DNA of 64,000 nt from Tubiluchus corallicola (lineage: Eukaryota > Animalia > Priapulida): the NCBI GenBank assembly GCA_030141605.1, contig JAQGDQ010000942.1, positions 1 to 64,000 on the forward strand. Reading direction: 5' to 3'. The position numbers were made by a program, and so were the translations under genes. The notes beneath the pieces were generated by a model. That model was not told the origin of the DNA. It saw only the letters and a list, made by a program, of their open reading frames with translations, and searched no databases. The stretch's first letter is position 1; every line of letters begins with the position of its first letter. Below are positions 25,301-35,885 of the stretch, one piece after another.

Positions 25301-26703
25301 GTGCTGAGGTCTATCCGAGATTGATAATGTTTATTAGTATTTTCATGCAGAGTGGTGACATAAGATCAAGAATTCACGACATAATATTAAGATCCCAATA
25401 GCCAGTTCATACTAGACCAGGTCAGACAGAGGTTATCAAATTAATAATTATGTTGAAAGCGTCTGCAGCAGAATGTGACTAATTACTTTTGTTAAATCAG
25501 GCCATTCGAGAATATAAACATGGTAAGTTTATGCAAATAAATTGTCAAATACAAATTTTTACTGTAACAATCTTTTTACAGATCCACGTCACGGGAAGAC
25601 AAGTTTTGCTAAATATTTAATGGTTTTTGAAAAAGCAACGAAAGAAATCGAAAAACAAGCAAACCTAAACGCTTCTTTTCATAACAAAATCACAGGTAAT
25701 TTGAGTTACTGTATGAAAACAAACTTCAGTGTCACTTTATTTAATGGGCTTACGGAAAATTCCCATATCTAGGACGGCTGTACTTTGGGAAAACGTATCT
25801 GTAAAAAATCTGCAGCAGCACTGCATACTGCCAATCCAAGTTTAAAACAATGGAATGCTCAAAACTAAATCTACCATTCGACTGCTTAGGAAATCAGATA
25901 TCATTAACCGCATTACTCAACGCCTACAGCCTTGTGACAATGTTCTTTACTCTTACCTAAAGCATTAAACCAGGGCAAAGTCTATGCCTATACAAAAACA
26001 ATTGGAAATGGTTCAATGTGCACAGAAGAAGTTTTGAGGCTTTAGCATAACTTAGCAATAAGCTGTTGAAGTAGCTTTGTCAGGTTGATGCTTTTATCAT
26101 AAATACAAATAAAATCTGTATCGACATATACAGTCATTTCAAGATTGCTTTAATGTTGTTATTAATATAACAAAAAGTTAGTGTAGCGCAAATATGGCTT
26201 CTGAAAAATAAAGTACGAAATCAGGAATTAGGAAGGTTTGCACGTTAGTTGTTTTTAAATTGAAACTGTGTTACGAACAAACAATTTACCTTAATCTCAT
26301 ACTGAATGCGACAAATAAGAAATAGCAATTGATTAATATCATTAGGATATGTACATTGCTCTCTAAAAGTTTAAAGAGTCACAAGTTATTAAGTTTGTGA
26401 ACAGCCAACCATATAATGATTACATTTCAATTTTGATTTAAAGTGGAATAGTTCGGGTTTACTAATTGCGCACTAAAATTTTTTACAGATTCTTAATATA
26501 ATAACAATATTTATAATTTCAAAAAACGTATGCATGCATGCCAATGTTTGCATAGCATTTGTGTTTTGTGACACTTGCAACTTGCATAGGTGCCAACGGC
26601 TGCTTAAATTCCAAATTTAATTACCATGGATGCAAGCAACAGGCACCACAAGATGATGCTGAAATATTTCAAGATAATAGTCCTAATTGCAGTGTAATGT
26701 TGT

Positions 26704-26737
<34 letters not shown>

Positions 26738-29422
26738 AATGATGATGATGATTTTGGTGGTGGTGGTGACGATGAAACAATAATAACAATAATAATGTGA
26801 TTATTAATATAGGACTTTTTCAATAATTTTTTTCAAACTGCTGTACAATTTTTATCATTCTGAATGACTATGCAAATTAAATTTTACTCACTTACACTTA
26901 GGTGATTTTACGGCAACTTATCTCAGTGGAACTTATGAAACTTATGAAAATCAATTTATAGCAGATGGTATTCACTGGTTGACTCCTTCAGCAAAACTTA
27001 TTGTCACTCTAAGAAATCCAACTAACAGGTACGACGAGGATGGTTATCCATTCATAGATAATTTTCTTCGTTTTATGGTTTTCTCCTTGGGATGTATAAG
27101 TCAGCTTGGGACTACATTTCGTTTATTTTGCTTTGTAATTCAAGTTAAAAACCTTTAGCCTTTAATTAGCTTATCTTAATTGCCTATGTAATCAAATACT
27201 TCAATGTTTTCACAGCTGTTAGTTTGGCATAAAATTTTGATGTTCAGTCATATGGAAAGGGCTTTTCTGGTCTCTCTAGCTACCTTAACGTGGGTGCGAT
27301 AAATTTGTGATTATCTATTTCTTTCTGTAGATCATCCTGATTTCGTCCAATCCTCTGAAATTAAAGCATCATATCTTATCGATTATAATCCGCATGTGAA
27401 AAAGTAGCATTAGTATGATTATGTTGCTACAGATTCATTTGATCTCATTGGTTAATCAAAAAAATTATATAATTTGATTTGATATTTAACTCTCTGTTTT
27501 AGGTTATTTGAGTATTTTAAAAGATTTCTTTCTATAGATTCAGATCGTGGTATAGCTTTTTTAAACAAAATTCTGTATCTCCTGAAAAGATTCATGAAGA
27601 GGTCGAACAACAAATCGCTGCTTATAGGAAATGCTCAAGGAAAAGAAAACCGGACAGCTACGAGAAGTATCCCTGCGTTTTTGATGAAAAAATAAGATTC
27701 AAGGTATTTGGGTAGAGCAAGTAACAGTTCTTGGGTCTTTCTTTTTCAAGGCAACGTTCATTTTTGTCTGTTTTTAAATTGTTTGTTCATTATTTGTTTT
27801 TTACGTCATTTTATATATGTATTGCCATGCATATATTTATATATTAATTAGTTTCTTCATTATTTTATTTTTTTATTTAATGTACATTATTATTTTATTT
27901 CATTTATTTGTCAGTTGAGTTGTTTACGCGTCACACACCCTGGAAGCCTAACAATATGCTCCTTTTGTGTTTACACTGCTTTGTTCGTAAATAATGTTAT
28001 TTGTTTTCAGTAATATTTGTTTGTTTAGCTGTTCAGTAAAACGTTATTTTACATTACAATTTTAAATTTGCTTAGGTTCTCTGCTTTGTGGAAATGTAAC
28101 CAAATGTAAGCTGCTGCGACATGCAACTGTGGTCTGCAAAGTAATTGGTTACCGAATTGGTGATCAGACCTGTGGCCTGGTGAAAGTTGATGACCTAGCT
28201 GCAACTTGCAAAATCAACATAATTTTCTAATTCGCTGACCTTTTCTTCTATTATAGTACTAAACACAAAATTTAAACATATGCTACTCAGAAAAAAGTGC
28301 ACAGTTCATGCTCCATGTATTATTATGACGATAAGTACACACATTACCTAATACATTACATGTTTTCCATGATACTTAACAAAAATATTATATTTTACAT
28401 AATATTTGTATGATGACGAAAAAAACAGTCATCCAGCAAGATCAAGCATTTAACTCAAGATATTACCCATTCTTATAAGAGGCTCTTCTGCTACATTACG
28501 AGTACTGACATGTTTCTAGTGAGTCTACAGTTTAGCATCTGTTACCAACTGTGTGACCCTGTCACCTGGACAGAGATATGCGTTATCTGATAACTCTGTT
28601 GCGTTGCGTTGTCTTGCCTAGTCTTGCTTTTTTACCTGTTCGTCATTTGAATCAATTTGAAATCAATTAATTGTACTAACAAACTGATGTATAAACACAA
28701 TGTGATTACGAATCTGCCTTTATAACTATTAGCATTTCTAACCATATTTTGATTCCATAATTTTTTTAATTTTACTAAAATGGTGACAAACATTGAGACT
28801 ATACTCAGAAGTTACACCAGAATGTTATAGATACAATTCGATATAATTTGTACAAACCATAAGTTTCTTCCAATAGGGACCTTTACTCCATGGCTGCTAC
28901 GCTGCGTATCTACGACATTATCTGCACGTCTTTCCACGACATCAAATATTGATTGTCAAGTTTGAAGATACGATTAAAGATATTAATTTCACTGCTCAAC
29001 AAATTTATAGGTTTCTAGGACTAAAAGGTGAGATTTTTTGCAAATCATCTTTTCTTAGCAAGTTTTGTTTTCCTAAATTATTTTAATTATTATCATTTAT
29101 TTTCCCATTATTATGATATGGGCATCAGTATGGTTAACATATTAAAAAAAGATTAGTACATCAACAATTAAAATAAATAAGTTGACAAAAACCAGCACAA
29201 TAAAAATGTGCTTGTATTTTAATTTGTTTACTCATTTTTAATTGCATGATCGTGTTGTTAATTTTAGAACATCCTGTGAACCGCAGCATCAGGGCAAATC
29301 CATCCAAGATGAAAACGGTAATACTGGACACTACCATAAAATTACTTGACGATTTCTATTCACCATTTAATAGAGATTTAGCTGAGTTACTAAACAGTGA
29401 AAAATGGTTTTGGAAGGAATAA
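6857..29422 (+). CDS. CHST15: Carbohydrate sulfotransferase, CHST15/GalNAc4S-6ST-like; 8 exons, 419 aa
   Basis: Exons 6857-7156, 12543-12621, 20442-20609, 25582-25695, 26902-27028, 27538-27703, 28877-29027, 29268-29422; all GT-AG, phases compatible, 1260 nt open. Motifs: TM, NYKNPCFY, LRCVPYVYLVGAQKSGTST (5'-PSB), KEVHWW, KLIVTLRNPTNR..SWY (3'-PB), VFPRHQIL, DFYSPFNRDLAELL. Family-level call; orthology not shown. Confidence 0.9.
8499..8769 (+). mobile_element. ~270-bp interspersed repeat with tRNA-like A/B boxes (SINE-like)
   Basis: A-box-like TAGCCGAGCGG 8581-8591 and B-box-like GGGTTCGAATCAC 8683-8695; inverted copy at 33396-33666. Confidence 0.7.
10380..12440 (+). mobile_element. Decayed, interrupted LINE ORF2 (RTEX/Daphne-like)
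   Basis: RTTDNMLVLKTI, YACFVDFKKA, VLQGTTLSPLL, LLIYANDLILLS..GLQTHLN..YCKKLRLTVNASKT (10380-11060); C-terminus KFRADAPRLAVE..PICSVRNIVEDECHFL (~12090-12270). Confidence 0.85.
12543..12621 (+). CDS. Sulfotransferase exon 2
   Basis: ttttcacag|AGICYSQNYKNPCFYVSTRSTLDGPR-G|gtaaaa; phase 0 to 1; NYKNPC is CHST15-typical. Confidence 0.85.
13546..14014 (+). mobile_element. Solo LTR-like element (469 bp)
   Basis: Perfect 8-bp terminal inverted repeat TGTGACGA...TCGTCACA, TATA-like catataag, ATTAAA; no clean TSD (acct/actg). Confidence 0.6.
14560..15000 (+). mobile_element. LINE ORF2 C-terminal fragment (RTEX-like)
   Basis: KLQISAHSLAIETGRHHKP near 14920-14980; 5' boundary approximate. Confidence 0.65.
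15040..15560 (-). mobile_element. CR1-type LINE reverse transcriptase fragment
   Basis: VHPIHKKGGFLNTANLWPICLTSSCCKI and GLPVDAVLLDFCKAFDV on the minus strand. Confidence 0.75.
15600..16450 (+). mobile_element. Decayed LINE reverse transcriptase fragment
   Basis: AKLYDMILN, GCIEHIMTLRLLIDF, LFIDFLTAYDRVPR..KLGCG across frameshifts; a possible tail resumes after the LTR at ~18400. Confidence 0.7.
16990..18297 (+). mobile_element. Solo LTR (~1.3 kb), related to 4624-5794 and 43107-44309
   Basis: TGTTATGAATTTATTTTGAAAT start shared with 43107; ends GGTAACA; shared blocks tgactcactcagcttgta, atgtcatgtca, ggatctg.ccaatt; no clean TSD. Confidence 0.75.
20442..20609 (+). CDS. Sulfotransferase exon 3 (5'-PSB loop)
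   Basis: ttgtttttag|ENILRCVPYVYLVGAQKSGTSTIYQIVARHPDF...KEVHWWEMFRFKK; weak donor AC|gtactc. Confidence 0.9.
20905..21420 (+). repeat. Interspersed repeat family (other pieces at ~45070-45170 and ~46885-47225)
   Basis: Shared blocks aaaaactgctc.cactaagcag, ggccttaa.tt..ttggctgatcggt, tagttatgtctgtgc, acctact.tgaatg. Confidence 0.65.
22285..22367. repeat. (CA)n microsatellite
   Basis: Interrupted CA run. Confidence 0.95.
22543..23348. repeat. Minisatellite with an 85-bp higher-order unit (42+43-bp subunits)
   Basis: A gcaggctattgccttttctttcacgcttattccttcctcggg alternates with B gcaggctattgccttgcctttcatgtttattccttgctcaggt; 8 dimers 22669-23348. Confidence 0.97.
25582..25695 (+). CDS. Sulfotransferase exon 4
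   Basis: tttttacag|HPRHGKTSFAKYLMVFEKATKEI...NKITG|gtaatt; phase 1 to 1. Confidence 0.88.
26700..26775. repeat. (GAT)n microsatellite
   Basis: gatgatgat run in intron 4. Confidence 0.95.
26902..27028 (+). CDS. Sulfotransferase exon 5 (3'-PB motif)
   Basis: cacttag|GDFTATY...TPSAKLIVTLRNPTNR|gtacga; phase 1 to 2. Confidence 0.9.
27538..27703 (+). CDS. Sulfotransferase exon 6
   Basis: ttctatag|FRSWYSFFKQNSVSPEKIHEEVEQQIAAYRKC...CVFDEKIRFK|gtattt; phase 2 to 0. Confidence 0.85.
28877..29027 (+). CDS. Sulfotransferase exon 7
   Basis: ccaatag|GPLLHGCYAAYLRHYLHVFPRHQILIVKFED...IYRFLGLK|gtgaga. Confidence 0.9.
29268..29422 (+). CDS. Sulfotransferase exon 8 (terminal)
   Basis: attttag|EHPVN...TIKLLDDFYSPFNRDLAELLNSEKWFWKE-TAA. 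Confidence 0.9.
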
Positions 29423-30589
29423 AAAAATTTTATTTCTCTCAAAATGGCAATATTAATATATATGCATTGCTTAAGAGTCAAACTGTTTTGTTATATGCTG
29501 CAATAATGGTGTTAGAAGGAAGATGGAATTTCCCTCATTTCCGCAATGCGCAAGGCACAGTTATTGCTATAACTTATACTAGATATTTGTTTTAATTTGA
29601 TTAAAGTGGTATTAGTAATTTGTCCTTAAAAAACAAAGATATTCAGCTGGTATCATTTTCAGCGACGCCATCCCAGCACGGGCACATAAAGCTTGTATTA
29701 TCGTATTTTGTAGGCTTGTGTGATTAGCGTTTTGTGATCAACTGAAATACTTAACAAGATTTATAATTAAGCAGCCCTCCTTTGTACAGACAGCGCCTCT
29801 CGCATGGTTCGGTATTTGCCATTTTATGTTATAAAATAAATAACAACTGAGGAAAGCTAATATTACAGAAAGCTAATCTAAGTTAGCTGAAGCTGTAAAT
29901 CATCATGAAAAGTGCTGGTACAAGAAATGTAACAAAGATTTAAAAAGTAAAAGAAAGTTGATTAAATTAAAAATAATTTTTCAGAATTTCCTAAAAAAAA
30001 ATTTGACTAGATTTATTCTGCCCATCAAACTTTGTACAATGGCAGTTTCATTAATGCTGATCAAATTTCTGATTTCTGAGGTCATAAATTTGATCAACAA
30101 TAAGTTTATTTTAACACAAGACTGAATCATTTGACTGAACATTAACATTAACATTTACACATAATACTGGAAAGTCAAGGCACTAAAGTTAAATTTTCAA
30201 TAAAATTAATGCTAACATTGTGTATTAAATTTCCTTATTACATAAAACAATTTTCTAGTTTCAGCTTAACTAAAGATGTTACAGTTTCAAGATTTATAAA
30301 TTTTGCAAACTGTCTTAACATTGCTACGTGTTTGTTTAAAAAAATAGTTTCCATAAGATAGTTGCGCTTCTCAAAACATTTATCCCTAAAATAATTACGA
30401 ATTTATTATATAAACACCATCAATGACTTTTCAAATCACAGCTTTTTGGTTGCGCGATAAGAATCAAAAAGTGGGGCGTTCCTTGACTTTATGTTTTGGG
30501 ATTTTCCTATTAATTATAAATCTTGTGGGGAATTTGAGCTGACCACATTTTATAGATAAAGAAAGATTTTTCATCAATTTTCTGTGAAA

Positions 30590-31250
30590 TATTAAATTTT
30601 ATAAACTGGTGGCACATTTTGCAAAGCCCTAAATTGCAGATCATTTCAGGGTCTCTGTGCACAGATCAATGGTCTTGTAAAGTCTTGTAAAGTTTTTGAG
30701 GTGAGATGCAGTTCACGCCCAGCGCACAATGAAATATGTAACCTTGAGCAATTTCGTCTGGAAATTAATAATGACAGAAAGTAATTATCCTCGCTTTTGA
30801 AATTTATAATCTTTACGGCAAATTTCACAAAAGCCCTGAGTTGCAAACAACTTGAGACGTGCTCTCTGCACACAAAAGAGAAGCTTAATGGTTTTTCAAA
30901 ATCTTGTGAAGTGTTTGAGTTACACACAAAGAAGGATTTTAATCTTGTCTGGAATTTAATGACCTGAAAAGTGCCGAAAATAATAATCCCGCTTTTGAAA
31001 TTTATAATCTTTTCGGCAAATTCCACAAAAGCCCTGAATTGCAGACAACTTGAGACGTGCTCTCTGCACACAAAAGAGAAGATTAATTATATATCTTTTG
31101 AAATGTTTGCCTGAGTGGCAGGTTACACCCTGCTGACAGTGGAACGTTTTATTCCCTAATAATTCTGTCTGGAATTTAATAACGATTGATAAGCTGACAA
31201 TAATAATCTCTCTCTTTGAAGTGGTTCAGCAAATTTATACAACAATCTTA
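30590..31250. repeat. Degenerate ~200-bp tandem repeat (3-4 copies)
   Basis: gaaatttataatcttt.cggcaaatt..acaaaagccctga.ttgca.acaacttgagacgtgctctctgcacacaaaagagaag at ~30797 and ~30995; weaker copies ~30595 and ~31215. Confidence 0.8.
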
Positions 31251-31519
31251 GCAGCGTGAGAACTACATGGGCAATGGCCAACCTTGAAATGGTCTGATTT
31301 TGATAAAATATATCAGTAATGAAGTTTTGAGGTCTCAAAACAAGAAACGCATAACAGCTTTGCAACATTTGGATATTTGAAAAAAAAATTGGCACAAGTG
31401 TTGACTCTTGTTGCTTGCCACTGTTGTTTTGTGAAGTTTATCTTTTTTACAATAACTGTGTCATTGTTATTTTGTCCTCGTCACTGCTGATCCACATTTG
31501 ACTGTCACTCCAGTTACTG

Positions 31520-31700
31520 TTTCTGTTGTTGTTGTTGCTGTGCTGGCGATAATGACGACAATTACGACGACGACGATGACGATGACAATTACAATGACGT
31601 TGGTGATGATGACGACGATGATGATGATGAAGATGACGATGACGATGACGTTGTGATGATGATGATGATGATGATGGTGAAGTTGATAATGACGATGAGG
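31520..31700. repeat. (GAT/GAC)n trinucleotide tract
   Basis: gacgatgacgatgatgat runs. Confidence 0.9.
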
Positions 31701-32124
31701 ATTTCATTCTGCTTTTCTTGTTGTTTTTATATAACAAGCTTTTTACTTTTATGCTAATAATTTTGCAAGAAAAAATCCACTTTCATTCTCTTGAGACAAG
31801 TTGCTGAGAGGCGGCTAGAGAGCAGCTTAATCTATTCCCACGGAATCTTAAGCACTTTAACATAATCCCTGAAAAGGATGCGGTCTATCAGCTTTATTTG
31901 CTTTAAAATTTTGAAGAAGTGAGGATTGTCAGTCTTAAGATGTTTTGCAAACACATCTATAATCTCTTAAGCTTCTTACAAATTTCTTTGTTATCAGGAG
32001 ACTTGAATTATCAACCTTCCACTGAACTGGTACCCACATTTATCTGGAAAAATGGCCCACAGAAAATATGATGGCACAACGTCCCTAGTCGTACGTCCGC
32101 ATAAATCATCGGGATATTTTTGGA

Positions 32125-33322
32125 CAAGTAAATATGTGTGGTTGCATAGAAAATGAATAAATATGTGCGGTTGCATAGAAAATAATTCAATATGTGCGGT
32201 TGCAGAGATAATAAGTAAATATGTGCGGTTGCATAAAAAATAAGTAAATGTGTGCGGTTGCATAGATAATAAGTAAATATGTGAGGTTGCATAGAAAATA
32301 AGTAAATATGTGAGGTTGCATAGAAAATAAGTAAATATGTGCGGTTGCATAGAAAATGAGTTAATATGTGAGGTTGCATAGAAAATGAGTAAATATGTGA
32401 GGTTGCATAGAAAATGAGTAAATATGTGAGGTTGCATAGAAAATGAGTTAATATGTGAGATTGCATAGAAAATGAGTAAATATGTGAGGTTGCATAGAAA
32501 ATAAGTAAATATGTGCGGTTGCATAGAAAATGAGTTAATATGTGAGGTTGCATAGAAAATGAGTAAATATGTGAGGTTGCATAGAAAATGAGTAAATATG
32601 TGAGGTTGCATAGAAAATGAGTTAATATGTGAGGTTGCATAGAAAATGAGTAAATATGTGAGGTTGCATAGAAAATAAGTAAATATGTGCGGTTGCATAG
32701 AAAATGAGTTAATATGTGAGGTTGCATAGAAAATGAGTAAATATGTGAGGTTGCATAGAAAATGAGTAAATATGTGAGGTTGCATAGAAAATGAGTTAAT
32801 ATGTGAGGTTGCATAGAAAATGAGTAAATATGTGAGGTTGCATAGAAAATGAGTTAATATGTGAGGTTGCATAGAAAATGAGTAAATATGTGAGGTTGCA
32901 TAGAAAATGAGTAAATATGCGAGGTTGCATAGAAAATGAGTAAATATGTGAGATTGCATAGAAAATGAGTAAATATGTGAGGTTGCATAGAAAATAAGTA
33001 AATATGTGAGGTTGCATAGAAAATAACTAAATATGTGAGGTTGCATAGAAAATAAGTAAATATGTGAGGTTGCGTAGAAAATAAGTAAATATGTGTGGTT
33101 GCATAGAAAATAAGTAAATATGTGAGATTGCATAGAAAACAAGTAAATATGTGCGGTTGCATAGAAAATAAGTAAATATGTGTGGTTGCGTAGAAAATAA
33201 GTAAATATGTGAGATTGCATAGAAAATAAGTAAATATGTGAGGTTGCATAGAAAATAAGTAAATATGTAAGATTGCATAGAAAATAAGTAAATATGTGAG
33301 GTTGCATAGAAAATAAGTAAAC
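32125..33322. repeat. 29-bp minisatellite, ~41 copies
   Basis: Unit aaatatgtgaggttgcatagaaaat(g/a)agt; 29-aa periodicity of the overlapping ORFs. Confidence 0.97.
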
Positions 33323-33395
33323 ATGTCTGAGAGACTATCTTTGAAAAGTATTTCTTATTTTTGTGAAAGTTTAAATAGTATTTAAATAGTAAAAC

Positions 33396-33666
33396 TATCA
33401 TGAATAGTTTACACTTTGTTTGCTAAACACAATAACAGTAACTTAAGGCTGACACTTAGGATCCCACTCGTGATTTGAACCCACATATTTTATCTCCCCG
33501 CAGATACGCCCCGTAGGTACCTAGGGCCAACTCATTCAAATTCTAAACTACTACAACCTGTGCACGACCACCACACCACTCGGCGAGGAGACTAGTTTGA
33601 GAATTGTTGAAGTAAATCTGGTTTAAAATAAAGAACAGAAAACCAACAAATAAACTCGACGTCACA
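33396..33666 (-). mobile_element. Second copy of the tRNA-box repeat (partner 8499-8769)
   Basis: Reverse-complement match along the whole length (gatcccactcgtgatt.gaacccaca; gaattgttgaagta.atctggtttaaa). Confidence 0.75.
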
Positions 33667-34029
33667 CATGAGCTTTATTTCATTTCATTCTGAAACACTA
33701 AATGTTTTCTGTATCATACGACGCACTTCAAAATGTTCAGTTTATTTTCTTTAATTTTTTACTTTCACACTGTGGAACAATCTAGCAAGCCCTGTTTCTT
33801 TTTTTTTGGCCGCAACTCATTTACATTTATATGTAGGCAAACATAGTGCGAGGCTTTTCTTGTATTAATTTTATTGTATGTCATTTCACAATATTTTGTA
33901 CATAAAATCATGGTAAATGTGACATAAATGACTTATGACTAATGACCTATGAGATAGCTGTGTCATTCTGCAATGTTCAGCATCTTTAGGCTGTAAAGCA
34001 CAAAGGTGTGCTTCAATGTTGTTTTCAAA

Positions 34030-34650
34030 TTCTGGTGAATTTCTTTGTTTTACGTGCCTTGATAATAAATAATTTTTTTCCAAAAATACGCGTTTTTGGC
34101 GTACTTGGCGCTCCGTTCTTTCTTGGAGGCTGAGCAAATATTCATTGCGCCAAATTTTCTTAGAGAATCTAAATAACTAACACATTTCTTCCACATTTCG
34201 AAAAGACGTTCTCCAGACAGATTGTACTGCTGTATAATCGGGATCTGATTCGGATTTACTGTACGCTGGCACATAATTTAAAGTGCGCATGCTCAAGAAA
34301 TGTCTTGGAGTTAAAACCAAACTGGAATCTGTATCTGGCTCAATGTATGTAATAGGACGGTTGTTGATTAAACTTTCAATTTCAACGAGCAAAGTACTCA
34401 ACTGACACTGATAAAGAGCCCTGCTACCAATTCTTTTGCATAGAGAGCGTTTAATAAGGCTCATTAAATGCTGGTAAACCGCGCCTATCCAAGGCGAAAG
34501 CTGAATGATAAAATGCCAATTAATACCAGTTTGTACTATGTATTGTTGCAGATAGATACGCGTTGCCAGGAAAAGAAAAATCACAGTTTTGGCATTGAAC
34601 TTGCACAGATTGCAGGCAGCTGTGACCAAAAGTCCTCTTTGAAGGTGCAA
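34030..34650 (-). mobile_element. BEL/Pao LTR retrotransposon integrase remnant
   Basis: WHFIIQLSPWIGAVYQHLMSLIKRSL...LSTLLVEIESLINNRPITYI..LVLTPRHFL, then MWKK..SYLDSLR in a shifted frame; catalytic motifs eroded. Confidence 0.88.
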
Positions 34651-35885
34651 TATAAAGATCCTGTATAAATCAAGAAAATGTCTAAATTGAACTAAGATCT
34701 CAGTTTGCTTTACAACCCAACTTATTTTGAGTCAAAGGCATTTCAGCCGATTATCCTGCCAAATTGTCATACGATGATATATGTATTGGGTTGGCGCTTC
34801 AATTTGAAAAAAGGAAACGATTTATAACTACGATTTGTTTAGGCACCGGAGAGGCGCTCTACTTGTCACAGTATGGTTCAAGTATGTTCAACATTCAGCG
34901 TAAATCTGCTTTAACTCTCCAACTCTAAAAAAGGTGCTTGCATATTTCATCATTTCATCAAAACTTTTCAGAAAAAGCTGTAGGAATACCTTTTCTTATG
35001 CACTTTTTATGGTCTTCTGTTTCAGGTACTTGTATGGCACACTAGAACACAGGCTCCATCTATTATAAAAAATTGCAACAAACCAAATTTGAAAAAAACT
35101 ATAGTTTTTTGAAAACAGAACAAATCTACATAATAAGCCTTTTCGCATTTTCGTTGCTGGTATCACAGTTGCTATAGGTTAAAAGTTAAGTGTACCACAC
35201 CAACGCGTCTTTACTACAACCATCACATGACATGCGAGTAAGGGAAGCCGCATCAGTTCTCAATTTATTAGCATTAGTCTTTTCAGTCTTTGCGAAGAGT
35301 GATTTACTAATAGGATCTTACTTGATGACAGAAAGAATGAACTAGGTCATTCTGTTACCATTACAATAGCTTGGGATTGCGAGGTGTTGTCAAGTGCACA
35401 CAAATGCATGGCTAAAACCACATTTTTATCGTTTTTGAATCATTTGTCACATTTGAATGACTTATGTCACATATTTTGTGCCAAGATGCATTTGAAGTGA
35501 CTATTACATTTTTATGTCGAATTGCGACAGCTGGACGACGTATGTGACAACAGCTTGTATGACTTATGTCAGATTTGATGTTACGAACGTAAACTTCATT
35601 TCCTGACCGGGAAAAACTACTGTAATTGTAGATGTACATCTCGAATTACAACACAAATTAATAATTTTTTTATTCACAATAAACTGACATTCAGTAAGGC
35701 CAATGAGAGAAAACACAAAAGATAGAAAAGAAAGGAAACGAGAAATGATGATAAATGAGTTTTCAATTTTTTCGATTCGTCAGACAAACAATGATTTAGT
35801 TATAACTCTTTCATATGGAGCTTTACAAATGTTGTCATTTCATCTGGATAAAAGCAGCGCTATTATAGTGATTATACAATAATAA

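Noticed and set aside
26559-26789. Poly-Met and poly-His ORFs (also 22136-22481, 31447-31737, 42229-42510, 44713-45009)
   Set aside because: Microsatellite translations
31994-33401. 437-aa and overlapping repeat ORFs, or a CRISPR-like array
   Set aside because: Head-to-tail 29-bp satellite without spacers; all frames give the same periodic peptide
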